Below, in pieces: positions 49,301 through 62,056 of a stretch of DNA of 64,000 nucleotides; positions within the stretch are counted from its first letter, which is position 1, and each line of letters begins with the position of its first letter. This DNA comes from Trichodelitschia bisporula (lineage: Eukaryota): positions 1,241,803-1,305,802 of the forward strand of contig ML996687.1 in assembly GCA_010356995.1 (NCBI GenBank), written 5' to 3'. A model generated the notes under the pieces. It was not told where the DNA came from and searched no databases. It worked only from the letters and a program-made list of their open reading frames with translations. The translations under genes were made by a program, and so were the position numbers.

Positions 49301-49855
49301 GCGGCCCAGCTTCTTCACAAACTTCTCGTGTAGAGTTTTTTTCCTGCGTCGAACCTCCTCAGACTCCGCTGTCTCGGGTTGTGCCGGGCTGCTGTCGAAG
49401 TGGTATCTGGAGGTACGATCGGACGACTCGGGCAACTCCACGGGAGCCACATCCTCCGTCTGATTCATGTTTTCATCCTCAGCATCGCTGTCCGGAGCTT
49501 CAGCCGTTCGTGCACGCTTCGTCGTCCCGCGATTCTCTTCCTCGCTCTCCACATCGTCAAGAACGCGCTTCGACCGACTTCGCCTCAATGGCAGCTTGTC
49601 AGGAACAGCCAGCGAGTCATTCTTGCGGGCTGGTTTCGATACGGGTGGGACATCGGGCGACAAGTCTCGAGCAGTTGAAGCCGCATCGCTCTTCCCAGCA
49701 GACGTACTTTTCGTGGCTGTGGTTGTGATTGTGGTCTTCGCAGCCGGGGTGGCGGCCGCGGTGGGAGGCGAAGATTTGGGCGCGAAAAAGCTAGATATAC
49801 TGCGTTGCTTCAATTGCGAGGACGCCGGCGGCGAGGAATGCGGTTTGGGAGGCAT
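46345..49855 (-). CDS. MSH3: DNA mismatch repair protein Msh3 (3 exons)
   Basis: PIP-like [57 protein letters not shown]^LNVARLAG; stop at 46345-46347. Confidence 0.95.
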
Positions 49856-50959
49856 TGTGGAGATATTCGCGGTTCGATGCTTAGAGCGGTGGAGTTGAGA
49901 GGTTTCGTGCCGAGCTAGGGGTTCGACGCGTCGCGCGGACACGTGAGGCGCCAGTGACGCGGAGATGGGTGCACGGACGAAGCTTCAAACAACGTCAAAG
50001 ATTGGAGTCGGAACTGTTTTCTGGAGTTGGCGATCGGAGGGAAGCTTTTTGCGCCTGCTGAAGGCTGGTTGGAAAATAGTGAATGCGGAGTTGCAGTTTT
50101 TTGCTTGGGGAAGGTGATGCCAATGGCGCTTGCTTTTTGGGAAGCCGCATGGGACTTCAAGGCAGCCTCGATCCTATCACATAAACACTGCTAAACTTAA
50201 GGCCTCAAGCAGACTAGCTTAGGGTGGGATGGTATGCTATTGAAAGCAGGTTCATGGAAAGCGGGTGGCTCACTTGAGAAGGCACATATCACGAATTAGT
50301 ATCTGAAGTCATGAAATGAAGAAGATGAATGTTGAGATTTAGCTGCCTTAATCACTATTCCCCATCCTACGTCTACTGTGTCTGCTCTCATAAACAGTAG
50401 CATCATCAGCAAACCCTTCCAAGTAGAGAAAGGACGTCCGGGCGGTTCTGCTTCGCTTGCCTAGTGGGCAGCAGCAGGAGAAAGGGGGCAAGGGGAAGAT
50501 GCTGACGACCGAGGAGGTGCTGGTGGTAGAAGCACGGAAACGGGCACTAAAGAAAGGCGATGACCCATAGAGTCAGCAGGCACAAGTTCACTACATTGGC
50601 GTTGCCAGCCTTTGTTTGGTGCAGAGCGAGGGAGCATCTACGGGGCGCAATGGCGGCTGTCCCAACCGCAGCTTCTCGGTGAGAAAGGCAAAGGAGCTTC
50701 GAAGCCTTGAAGCAGCTTGCCGAAGCGAGCGTAGCCTCCATGTTTTGCGGAAAACAGCTGGACCTTTGGGACTGCCTAGGGAGAATGTCCCTGGACGCCA
50801 ACTACGTATGCTCGTTCCAGAGGCCGGATTGGTGGCGGGCAGAGTGATGGAGTGCCCCTGAAGCTCGAGCGACAAAAAGAGCGGCGAAGGCGTGGTTTGA
50901 ACGCAGGAACTCCGCCCCAGCGTGACGGTCTGGCAACGACTAATATATCATGGCCATGC

Positions 50960-50991
50960 AAAAAAATATTGTGTGTGTGGATTCGAACCAC
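50960..50991 (-). promoter_or_regulatory. Orphan Pol III B-box in a tRNA-like T-arm, followed by T7
   Basis: Minus strand GTGG-TTCGAAT-CCAC-ACACACAATA-TTTTTTT; matches GGTTCGANTCC; no canonical 5' half. Confidence 0.5.
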
Positions 50992-52562
50992 CTCACGGCC
51001 ACCTACTGCTTAACCCGGGTCCGTTTTGATTGGGCAATGCCTTTTTCTGTCTTGCGATCTTTTGCGATCCGGTCCTTGGGCTTCCCGGAGCATCTTCTGG
51101 ACTTCTTTCTGACCCTATTTCTGGCTTGGGAGTTTTGCTTTGACTGTTTTTGCTCTTTTTTAAGTCATTGCCCTGTCACCAACCCCCGGAGCATTGGAAT
51201 GAAGTGCCGCACCAAGTGCACCACTTTGTCCACAGATGCCGCAGCGATAGTAAGTGCGGCCAACGTCCTTATAAACCCCCAAGGAATCCGCACTCCCCAA
51301 ATAAGGTCGGACGGAATGTCACTACTGCACCTGGCCCCTGGCAGCGGTCGACCCGATCCAACGCACGCTCCAGTGTTCGCTTCGCAATGCCATCCGCCAG
51401 CCTGCACCCGCAGCGCCGCGCAAACTTGACCTCCGAGTCAAATGCCTCAACGCCCAAGTGCAGCGGTCGCCGACACCACATCCGCAACGCAGCCACGTAC
51501 TGAACCACTACCTACACCTCAACCTTCAACCTTCAACCTTCAACCCATAACTGCACACAACGGCCACAAATGGGCCGATTGCCAAGCAGCAAAGAGGGGT
51601 TCAGGCTTCATGCGTGGTAATAATCTAGTGGGAGCTAGGTGCATCATGTCGGTAAAGGCTTCTGGGACAAGTACATTGCGCAGATGGCGGGAGGCGACGG
51701 GCTCCAAGCGGGAAATTTGGCCGGGTTTGCTATGGGCGATGAATGCTTCCGTTCAATGTCCTTCTTGCAGACGATGAGGGTCTAAGGAGCCCACTCAAGT
51801 CCAGCGGGCGTGTCTGTGGTTGCTACGACGTGATGGAGACCATGAAGATCTCAATTCCCTTAGCTACTCCGGCTCATGGCTACTGCGGGGATCTGAGACT
51901 CCGGTAGGATGGGGTTCAGGCGGCGGGTGAGTGGGCTAGAAGGGTTACTGAGTGATCGAATAGGAGGAAAAGAGCGCTGGTGACTAGGGAGATACGTTGC
52001 TTGAGCGTCTGGCTCTCTTCTTTACTACTGATGTCTTCGAAGTTGGTATGGAAGTTTCAAGGCTATGAGGCCGTTATCACTGTCGACGCCGTGCTGCTGT
52101 CAGATAGATCATGGGTTGATAGGCTGAGAAGGGATCTCAGAGGGCTAGAGACAACAAAGTCACGATTCAAATGTCAAATGTGTTGATGGAAGTGGTTTGC
52201 GAGACACGTGTAGTTGAAGTGAAGGATCAGCTGAAAGCCGCCAAGCCCCATGTCCAGGAATAGACGGGACGGGGGCACGGGGGGGTCAGCAACCCTGAGG
52301 GCGAAATGCCAATGAAGCATCGACTTCTGGGGGAACGGCAGAAAGGCAGCTGAACCTTACGTTCAAACATCGCCCTTGACCTGAACAATCTCTCTCCCTC
52401 TCTCCCTCTCTTCAACACCTTTCCCTCGCCGAGAATTGCCTACACTGCGCCCCGCTGTGCGTTGCGTATTCCCCACCCTCACCTAATCGTCAGGCAAACC
52501 ATCGCATCCTCCTATTCGCATCATTTCAGCTCCGCCACTCTGGACCTTTACAACCTCTCACC

Positions 52563-55358
52563 ATGTCTTCCTTTTCCAATTCCTTCTGGTCTAACGACTA
52601 TGCCGGAGGTAGGGCCCCCAGCGTCCATCGCATCTGCACAAGCTGATCGTCCCCAGGTCTCGGCGTCCTCTTCGGCAAGCTTCAACAGGGCGTACAAGAG
52701 AATCAGCAGGTGCTGACCATCTGCCGCATGCGCGCCGATGCCGAAGACCTCTACGGCCAGAAGCTTGACGATATCACACCGGCAACAGACCGCATAGCCG
52801 GTGGGTTCTCGCGCGACGATGGCGCGAGCGTGCGCAAGGTTTGTTTCGCGAAACGGACGTTTGAAACTTCGCTGACGAAACGAACAGGCCTACGAGGGTA
52901 TGCGCACCGAGATGGGCGAGGCTGCTAAGAACCACCACAAGATTGCGTCCAATATCCGCGAGCTAGTTGTCAACCCCTTCGGTCGCTGGTGCGAGGCTCA
53001 CGCGCAGCGCGTGCAGAACTCTCAGGATGATTTGCAGGCCCGTATCAAGGTCCATGATCGCCAGGCGGAGACCGTGCGCAAGCTGCGGAGCCAGTACTAC
53101 AACAAGTGTCGGTTGGTCGAGGACCTGGAAGAGGAGGACAAGTTGGCCTTCCAGGACCCGCTGAGCGAGGCTGCGCAGAGCCCCAAGGTCAAGCCGACCG
53201 TTGTTGCGAAGATCCCCACCATCAAGGAGCCGGAGCCCGAGGACGAGGAGGAGCCCATTGATCTCGGCGACCAGATGTACCAGCCCGAGCAGGTCAAGAA
53301 GCTCCTCACGCATATGCTGGAGACTATCAAGCTCGGTGAGACTAAGGTTCCCATCCTCGGCACGTACCTCAACGTCTCCACGGGCGCGGACATCACCGAA
53401 TACATCCAGACGTACATGGGTGCGGCCAACGTCGCCTACGCTGAGAAGGTTGGCCAGGACCTTGTGGACAACGGCCTTTTGCGGCTGGTCGGCAATGTCG
53501 GAAGCACCTTTGCCAACAGCTCCAAGCTCAACTACCAGTGGCGGCCTAAGGTCTTCCAGATCACCGGTATCCCGGAGAAAAAGGACCAGATGAAGCGCGT
53601 GGCATCGCTGGGCATTGACGGCACTGACTCCCCCGTCACCGCTGTCGGCGAATTGCTCTCCGGCTGGAACCCGCTCAACAACCCGTACCCGAACGAGACG
53701 CCTGGAGAGCGGTTGCGGCGCGAAGCGCGCGAGTCGGATGAGCGCTACAAGGCCTCCGTGCGCAAGCTGGACGGTCTGCGGTGCAACTTGGAGGAGGCGA
53801 TGATAGACCACCTCAAGTTTATGGAGCGCTGCGAGCTTGACCGGCTCAAAGCGATCAAGGCGGTCATCTTGGATTTCTCGGGTGCCATCAGCAACGTGAT
53901 TCCGAGCCTGCAGAGCACCGTTGATAACATGATGCTGTTTCAGGAGACAGTGCAGCCTATTGGCGACCTGCGGTACCTGCTGGAGAACTACCAGACGGGT
54001 CCTTTCGTTCCTAGGGTTCAGGTGTACGAGAACTACTACAACTCCGTTGATGGTAGGATCTCACCTCTCGTATTATAAACTCCACTAACAGTTTAGATCA
54101 AACCTATGGTGTTGATCTTGAGGCGCGTGCGCGTGCGGACCGCAAGCGCGTGCCCCTGATCGTAACGACCATCTTGATGTACCTCGACAACCATTATCCT
54201 GATCTCGATGGCGACGAAGCCCGCCGCGCCATCTGGCTTGTTGATGTGCCCCTTGCGGCGATTCACCACCTCCGCAACGCGATCAACGACGGTAAGGTAA
54301 TCTCGCACGAGGTGCTCGACAAGTACGAGATTCCAATCGTGGCGTCCGCGCTGAAGCTATACCTGCTTGAGCTGCCTGACTCCTTGGTGTCGGCGCACCT
54401 CTACGAGATCGTCAAGACCATCTACTCCACCACGGCCGCGGACACCTCCGAGGAGACGCGCGTGTCGGTCATCCAGTCAACGCTTGGCCAGTTGCGCCTA
54501 GCGAACATCGCAACACTCGACGCCATCACGACGCACCTCACGCGCCTCATTGAGCTGACCTCCGCCGATGAATCCTACATCACCGCCCTGGCCACCAACC
54601 TTGCGCCGTGCGTCCTGCGCCCCAAGCAGGAAACCACGCTAACAATGAACGAACGCTACAACTACCGTCTCCTGCGCGACCTCTTCAAGCACAAAGACGC
54701 CATCTTCGGCGAGCTCAAGCGCGCCTCCTCGCAAGCCTCGCGCGCCCAAGCCGACCCCACGCGCGCCACCCCCGCCGCCGCTCGTCCCCGCGGCTTGAGC
54801 ACCGACGAGCGTGGCCGCCAAGCAGCCGAGCAGCAGAAGTGGCAAGCGATCACCGGCCACCGCAGCCGCGCCTCCAGCCCCAACCCCGGCGCCAACCGCA
54901 TGCGGCGCGAGCGCAGCCCGAACCGCATGTCCGGCAGCGCGGAGACGCGCTTCCCTGTCTCGCCGAGCCTGCACGGGCACACGAACAGCGGGAGCCTCGG
55001 GAGCACGGGGAGCGGCACGCCGATCAGCAGTCCGACCGAGCGCCGGAGTACGCTTACTGGCAACCGAGGCAGCCTTGAGGTGCCTGGGAGCGCGGAGACT
55101 AGTCCTGTGGTTGAGACTACGAGTCGGCCGCCGAATGGGAGTTCCATTATCGCTGCTTCTGAGAACTCGTATGATGCTACTCCGGCCTTGGCAGATGGCG
55201 TTGAGAAGCGCAATTCGCTTGGTCGGTCCGGTCGCGTTCCGCTGCGCAAGCCGGCAGCTGGGGGACCGGGGAGTCTGGCGCGGCAGAGCATCCATGGGCG
55301 GAGTGCGATGGGAGGTAGTGCGGGCGTCGAGCTGAGTGATCGGCCGATGGATGATTAG
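52563..55358 (+). CDS. RGD2: F-BAR (FCH) + DEP + RhoGAP protein, Rgd2/Rga8 type (4 exons)
   Basis: MSSFSNSFWSNDYAG^GLGVLFGKLQQG, DEP-like region (GQDLVDNGLLRLVGNVGSTF), GAP region YGVDLE..VASALKLYLLELPDSL. Confidence 0.9.
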
Positions 55359-56181
55359 GTTCCCCTTCACACGCATTTTCGGATACGGCTTGGTATCTAG
55401 CTAGGGCACACGGGCGGTAGGTATGACCTGTATGATATCCCGGCGTGCGTTCAGGGGGTTTCGGTAGGTTGTATTGTCTTTTGCTGCGTGTGTGGCGCGG
55501 TTCCGGCTGTATGTTGGACATGATGCATGAGCGAGGTGATGTTTATGCGAGGCATGTTCGGATGGTATGTTAGATGCCGGTTAGCGGTGGGATGGCGTAT
55601 GGGTAATTGAAATGTCTTTACGGAGCTATTGTTTTGCGTGGTGTTCTCGGTGAGGACATGCGTGTTCTATGTCGAGACTGCAATGGTGGTAAGTGGTCCT
55701 CCTTTTCGATATGTGGAATTACACTAATTGGCAGTGCTCGGTTTCGGAGTCTCCTAGAGCCCTGTGCAGTCTTTGACTGAAAGAGGAACAAAGTCTACCG
55801 TTGAATTCACTTCCCGAACCGGAGCATCTATGCCCGATGTTCCCCAAGGGGACGAGCGCCCCAGCACGCATGTCAACACATGAAGTTGCATACTGAAAGG
55901 GGACTAGCGTGTACGAATATCCACGGAGTCACACCCGCCCATCGTACCTTCCCCATCGCAGGCTTCGAAACTCCTGGCCCCACGAATCAACTCCCCAGCT
56001 GTTCCATCGTTCCATCGTGCCTGCCGGATACAGCAGCACAACGACGCACGTGACCGGAGTTTGAGTAATCGAGGCCTTGAAAAGTGTGCCCGCTCTCGAA
56101 AACATTTTCTTCTCCACACATCCTCATCTATCAACATCGATCAATGTCCTATATACACTGCACGATGGGCAGTTCACTTAG

Positions 56182-57190
56182 CGTTCTCCACATTCCCACA
56201 CAGCACTCGCTTTCCACCACTTCGACGAACTCACAGCCCTTGATGCTCTGTTTTCGCTGTTGAACGACGTTGTGGAGGATGCGTTGTTCGACCATAGCGA
56301 CATCGCAGACATTATTGTACCTTTCTTCGAGTAAGTGATTTCAAGATCGTTTATTAACACGCAATGCTAATACCTAATCTTGTAGGAAGGCTCACGTCAC
56401 AATGCACATCTCCTCCCAGCCCGACGGGGGCAATGCACGCCCTTATCAATACCGGCAGTATCAAAAACCCGGTATCCAAGATCTCAAAGCCGCGTTTGCC
56501 CCTCATCCTCACGGAAGGCAAGAAGGCGATGGCCGAAATCGAGGCGCAGTGCTTCGGAGAAATGTTGACCTACGTTTTCCACCGCGCTCAACATTTATAT
56601 GGTGGGGACATTAAGAGTCTTTATCTTGTTTTCCAGCAATTGATCACAAGTCACCACTCTCACCATCCACCAAGGCGGAATGGCCCCACTGACGGGCGTG
56701 CTTGCAACTCCTTCATATACTTACTGAGCCGCGCCCGTGTTTCTACGCCGATTGGGGATCCCAGAGAGTTCGAACGTCTCGATGTGATCTTCCGGTACCG
56801 TATACGCAAGTACTATATAGGCGAGCCCGTTGATCGGACTTGCGAGTGTCTTCGAGCCGGGGTTCATGCTCGATGATTTCGACCTCTAGCTTTTGGACCA
56901 GGCTAGTGAGTAACCGTTTGATATCCGCTTTCAGCACCATCCTAACCCTCATTTCAGCCTCGTCCTGCGCGCTGCCAAAACCGGGGCCGTCTAGCAAGCC
57001 AAAACCGGGGGCGTACAGCTCTCGAGCACGCAGGAACTGAAGGGTGTCATCAAGAACGACGGCCTCTCTAGAAAATTCTTCGTATCAACGTCCGCATTCG
57101 GGGATCCCCACCTTTTCAAAACTGGGGGAGACTGATGTGGGAACGGAGGACTCCAAGGCATTAAGGCAGTTGGGGGCATTTCACCATAGG
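56182..57190 (+). pseudogene. Decayed ORF with PD-(D/E)xK-like motif order
   Basis: DELTALDALFSLL..^..ISSQPDG/AMHALI..LILTEGKK..AQCFGEML; canonical intron 56331-56385; frameshift needed at G5 (56426-56430); later in-frame stops. Confidence 0.4.
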
Positions 57191-57650
57191 ATGACGTGGT
57201 CACCAAAGATGAGGAAGGCGCTATGGAGGACCGGGCACATTATATACTTAGCAGTGAGAGTCTCTGGACTCTCTTTCTTTCGTCGTCTTCTTCAAATGCT
57301 TTACATTTCAACACTGCACTGCATGTGTTATGAGCTCTGCCATACATCAGCCTCCCGCCTCTCGGATCTCGCGCATCGCTATGGGCGCGCCAGCTGCAGA
57401 ATCAAAACGTCACCATCACCATACGCTCGTGCAACAACACCGATGCCGCCGCTGATCCGGGCGGTACGTTCTCGAAGCAATCAAGGGTTTCACACCCCAC
57501 TCTGCTCTCGCCGTGACATTAGAGGAAGTGTACAAGCAGCACGGCGGAGGTGCCCCCGCACGTTGGGTCCAAGACGGCTGGATGTACACTCGTTAAATTC
57601 GTCGCTGTCTACGTCTACATGCATCCGTTCCTACCCGTCAGCCCAGCGTA

Positions 57651-58636
57651 CTATCCCAACTCTAACGGGTCCTTGTTCTCAACTCCCAGCTCCCCCATCA
57701 CCGGGCCGCGTGCATACCGCTGGTTGTGATCATACGCGCCTTGACCCTGAGGCATCCCAGGCCCCCACATCGGTGGCGGACCTGGGCCTGGGCCGTAGCC
57801 GTGGTTGTACGCGTCGTATGGCACCGGCGCCGGTGCAGTAACGAAGTGCGTCATGCTCGAGGCGTCGCCGACGGAGGCACCGGAGCGGATTGGCTTGGGC
57901 CGGCGGGCGCGGTAGAGCAGGTAGGCCGCACCGGAGAGAGCGAGGATACCGAGTGGGATGCCGAGGCCCGCACCTATCGCGAGCGAGAGGTTCTGGGATT
58001 GAGGGGCGGGGGTGGGGGTAGGTGTTAACGAGGCAGGTTGGGATGGCGGGGTGACGGTGCTCGAAGTGGAGGAGGAGGTGGAAGAGGAGGTGGATGAGGT
58101 GGAGTCGCTGGTGCTGGTGCTTGAGGAGGAAGAGGTGGTTGAGCGACCGATGACGGTTTTGGTTGTCACTGGGGCTGGGGGAGGTTAGGCTTTGTGCAAC
58201 CCACTGGTGGAATAGACTTACAGCTAAATAGGAGCACACCCTTCTGCTGTGCACAGTTGACATTGGTCTGTGTGCTGTCCATACAGTAGAAGGAGTTATC
58301 GACGTTCGGGCAGCGTTGCATTCCTATCCCGCCGGACTGGTTGTCACCCACGGAGATGGACACGCAGAAGTTCGGGCAGTTGGCGTCGTTCCATGTAGGG
58401 TCTGTGCAACTGCCGCGCACGTACATGGTCTCGCCCGTTTTCTGTACGCTCGACGTCAACATGCAGATGTTGTTTGATAGACATGCCCAACCCGGCCCGC
58501 AGCATGTCGAGTTACCGCCGGTGTTGCAGGGCACATCTTGATCGGCTACGGTTTTGCCATCGGGGAACCAACAGAGGGAAGAGGCCGGCGTGCAGAGACC
58601 GAAGAGGATAACGAGGAAGGGGGCAAGAGTCAACAT
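57651..58636 (-). CDS. Secreted Cys-rich, Ser/Thr-stalk, single-pass membrane protein (Mid2/Wsc-like topology), 2 exons
   Basis: Signal MLTLAPFLVILFGLCTPASS; CWFPDG..DVPC..STCC..WACLSNNIC..YVRGSCTDPTW..CPNFC; S/T tract; TM IGAGLGIPLGILAL then RARR. Confidence 0.85.
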
Positions 58637-59531
58637 TAAGAGAGGATTAAGGCAAGACTGCCAGCAGGTCTTGACCGAGAAGAGACGGGTAAACGAGCGT
58701 CCACCAAAGTCCAGGCCCCGAGAAAGAAGGGAAAATGCAAGCAAGGCGAGGATACGAGGATGCCGGGTCAAGAGACAAACTTATATCAAGCCATAGCCTC
58801 GTGAGGCGGGATTGCCGTGGCATCGTCGGCGGGTAGCGCGAGCCATAATTAGCCCCGTCCGGTTCCCGAAACGGTCGTCATGAACGCCGCATTAATAAAA
58901 CGAGTTCCTCCTCAAGCATGAAACGTTCGCCAGAGGAGGCTTGCTGTATCAGATGCGGCTCCTATCTCGCGGCCAGCGAACAAGGCTGAAGGATAAACGC
59001 CAATGGGGCAGAGCACTACGAGAGCAATGTCAGCTGAAGTCGAGTCTACATTATACTGGAACGTTAAACCTGCTACATCCCATGCAGCTTCTGGTGCATT
59101 GACATCTCAAGACTGGCTGGGAGATACTCTCGATGTCCAGATGTTGGTGGAGAAAGCGGCCGGCGGCAACCGTCGGTCGTCCCTGGGGATGCCAAGGCCC
59201 CGGGATGCGCGACCCGTTAACCTCAAACATCATGCCCTCGCTCCATTGGCTGAAAACGCGCGAAGCGCCCAGCGCTCGAGCCCGCGCGAGATAGATGCCA
59301 AGGTGGCACAGCAGCAGCGGGCGCTTGTGGAGCGTCGCGAACCTTGAAGGGATCCGCCGGTGGGCGAAAGGCGGGCGGTCCGCGGCTCATCAATACGCAC
59401 AGCCGCGAGTGGCAGGTCCATCTAGGAACGGCCTGGCGCCTACAGTCCTTGATATCCTACTTAGTAGCCCCGCCGGGCTTGACGGGCGGCCGGTTCTTCG
59501 GGCATTTGTCGCGGTTGTTCGCTCGTTGAGC

Positions 59532-61292
59532 ATGTCCAAGTCTTGCAAGCGGTCGAGTTTTGTTTGGTTTTTTGTGGCCGTTTGTTTCATCATCATCACC
59601 TACAGTCAGGATCGCTTATTGCCGCGCGGACGAGTGTCGGTGTCACCGGCGGCGGCTTCTCATCAATGTCCTGCCATCCCGCCTTCAAAGCCGTATGTCA
59701 AGCCGAAGAGCGATAGATTCGACTGGCGTGCCGTTCCGGTTAAAAACCCGGTGTCGTCGCTCTCCAGTCTGCCCACAACGTCTCCCACACCACTGCCGAG
59801 AATTCAGCACGTCTTCGCCGATGACACGTTGGATGCCACAACGAAAGACCGACAAAATGCCATTCGCGAGACTTTCCAAAGAGCTTGGAAGTCGTATCAT
59901 GACAAGGCATGGATGAAGGATGAGCTATCGCCCGTCTCTGGCGGGTTCAGGAACCGCTATGGCGGATGGGCCGCCACGCTCGTCGACAGTCTCGACACGC
60001 TTTGGATCATGGATATGAAGCCGGAGTACGAAGAAGCGGTCAAGGCCGCCATGACCATCAACTTCAGTCCGGATACTCTCTCTCAGGACACCATCAGCAC
60101 GTTCGAGACGAACATCCGCTGGCTCGGCGGCTTCCTGGGCGCTTATGACCTGACGAAATGCAAAGACAAGCGGCTCCTAGACAAAGCCGTAGAAGTCGGC
60201 GACATGCTCTATGCATCATTTGACTTCCCCAACCACGCACCGCTAGGGACGTGGGATGTGCGCAAAGCCGCGGCAGGCGAGGAGCAGCACGCTGTTGAGG
60301 ACGGCATCTTTGCGCAGTTCGGGTCCATGAGCCTGGAATTCACGCGGCTGTCGCAGCTGACGGGCGATATGCGGTACTTCGACGCGATACAGCGCCTGAC
60401 CAACATCCTCGACCAGCAGCAAAACAAGACCAGGCTCCCTGGACTCTGGCCGCAGAAATATAAGCCAGATACCCTGGATTTTACCGTCGACAACAGCTTC
60501 ACCCTCGGAGCGAACGCCGACTCCGCGTACGAGTACCTCCCCAAGATGTACGCGCTCCTCGCTGGCTCCGAGCCTGCGCCGCAGTATGCGCGCATGCACG
60601 CCACGGCTATGGACGCGGCAACGAAGCACATTTTCTACCGGCCGATGACACCGGATAACACCGATGTACTGCTAGCCGGCAAGGCCACCGCGTCCGACAG
60701 CGGCATATCCACCGACTCCGAATCCGAACATCTCACCTTCTTCCTCGGAGGTATGCTTCTCCTTTCAAGCCGCCTTTTTGCGAATGCATCCCACGAAGAC
60801 ATCGGTCTCCGCCTCGCACGCGGTGCCGCTTGGACCTACCGAGCTTCGCCGTCGGGGGTCTCGGGCGAGAACTTCCACACGGTGGCGTGTGCGCCCGGAC
60901 CTTGCGAATGGAACGAGACTTTGTGGTCTTCGATTGCAGTTCCCGGGACGGCGAAGGGTTTCACGCGGTTTGGCGACGGGCGGTATATGCTACGGCCGGA
61001 GGCTGTCGAAAGCATCTTCTATGCGTGGCGGGTGACTGGGGATGCGGCATGGAGGGAAGTGGCGTGGACGATGTGGGAAGCGATTGACGAGCACACTCGG
61101 ACTGAATGGGCGAACGCGGCGTTGCAGAATGCGTTCCAGAGTAACCAGCCAGCGAAGGCGGATGATATGGAGAGCTTTTGGATGGCGGAGACGTTGAAGT
61201 ACTTTTACTTGATATTCAGCGACCCAGGACTGGTGAGTCTGGATGAGTTTGTGCTCAATACCGAGGCACATCCGTTCAGGGTGCCGAAGTAG
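59532..61292 (+). CDS. Class I alpha-1,2-mannosidase (GH47), type II membrane anchor
   Basis: GWAATLVDSLDTL, FETNIRWLGGFLGAY, GANADSAYEYL, LRPEAVES, MESFWMAETLKY, NTEAHP; intronless. Confidence 0.93.
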   Translation: MSKSCKRSSFVWFFVAVCFIIITYSQDRLLPRGRVSVSPAAASHQCPAIPPSKPYVKPKSDRFDWRAVPVKNPVSSLSSLPTTSPTPLPRIQHVFADDTLDATTKDRQNAIRETFQRAWKSYHDKAWMKDELSPVSGGFRNRYGGWAATLVDSLDTLWIMDMKPEYEEAVKAAMTINFSPDTLSQDTISTFETNIRWLGGFLGAYDLTKCKDKRLLDKAVEVGDMLYASFDFPNHAPLGTWDVRKAAAGEEQHAVEDGIFAQFGSMSLEFTRLSQLTGDMRYFDAIQRLTNILDQQQNKTRLPGLWPQKYKPDTLDFTVDNSFTLGANADSAYEYLPKMYALLAGSEPAPQYARMHATAMDAATKHIFYRPMTPDNTDVLLAGKATASDSGISTDSESEHLTFFLGGMLLLSSRLFANASHEDIGLRLARGAAWTYRASPSGVSGENFHTVACAPGPCEWNETLWSSIAVPGTAKGFTRFGDGRYMLRPEAVESIFYAWRVTGDAAWREVAWTMWEAIDEHTRTEWANAALQNAFQSNQPAKADDMESFWMAETLKYFYLIFSDPGLVSLDEFVLNTEAHPFRVPK

Positions 61293-62056
61293 AGGATGGT
61301 GGGGGATTCAAGGACTAAAAAACTTCTGTCAGTATATTGCAGTTCAATAGTATAGCAGCCGTTTACTGCTGGATGTAAAATGCAGAGCATCTGAATCAAG
61401 TAATGTAAAAGTTGCCATGAACACGATTGGATGGATTCAGAGTGACCGCTGAGGCTTTGTCGAAAGCTGTTGCTCGTCATTACCGCTCGCGTATGACAGA
61501 ACGCATGATTCGAACCTGTCATTGTGATGACGGACGCCGAAGAAGCATCGAATCTGCACGCGACAGCCTCCCGCACCCTTACCCAAGCGCCGTGCCGAGC
61601 GGCTATTGGCGAGGCCCTGCAGCCCGATAAGGCGGAGAATCCGGTAGCGGTTTAACCCTCGACGCCCCATGCTCTTTCGCCTTTCGTAAGGTGTCGGCTT
61701 GCACTTGCGATCGGCTGACTAGCCCACCACGGCTACCTCAGCCTGATGCTCATAGTTTTGCCTTGTGGCGAAGCACGAATGGTAACTCGCCGCCTGCATG
61801 ACAGCACCACGTCTATTCATGGCCGCATGTTCAACTGCCGGCTCGGAAGCTGGGCTGCACGAGCAAGCCATTGTACCGCGAGTCGATAAAGGCTTGGGGA
61901 GTCTGTGTCACAAAATTAAATTGGGTCTTGAGGTTCGCGCCGCCCCCATGCCAGCCTCGCCTTGATCTCCCTCTTTGCAAGTCGTGCTCTTCCTCCTGGG
62001 CCCCCGTTTAGCGCAGTCGTCTTCATCCTTGTACTCGTTGATCCAGCGCCCTAATC

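Noticed and set aside
51350..51390. TGGCCCCTG and GTTCGCTTCG, reminiscent of U6 snRNA
   Set aside because: Wrong order and the ACAGAGA box is absent
46655..55376. Long antisense ORFs over MSH3 and the RhoGAP gene (also over KAR2 and the C2H2 gene)
   Set aside because: Shadow frames produced by GC3-rich codon usage of the real genes
59295..59531. 79-aa N-terminal extension of GH47 in the ORF track
   Set aside because: ATG 59532 immediately precedes a typical short tail plus signal anchor; the extension looks non-coding
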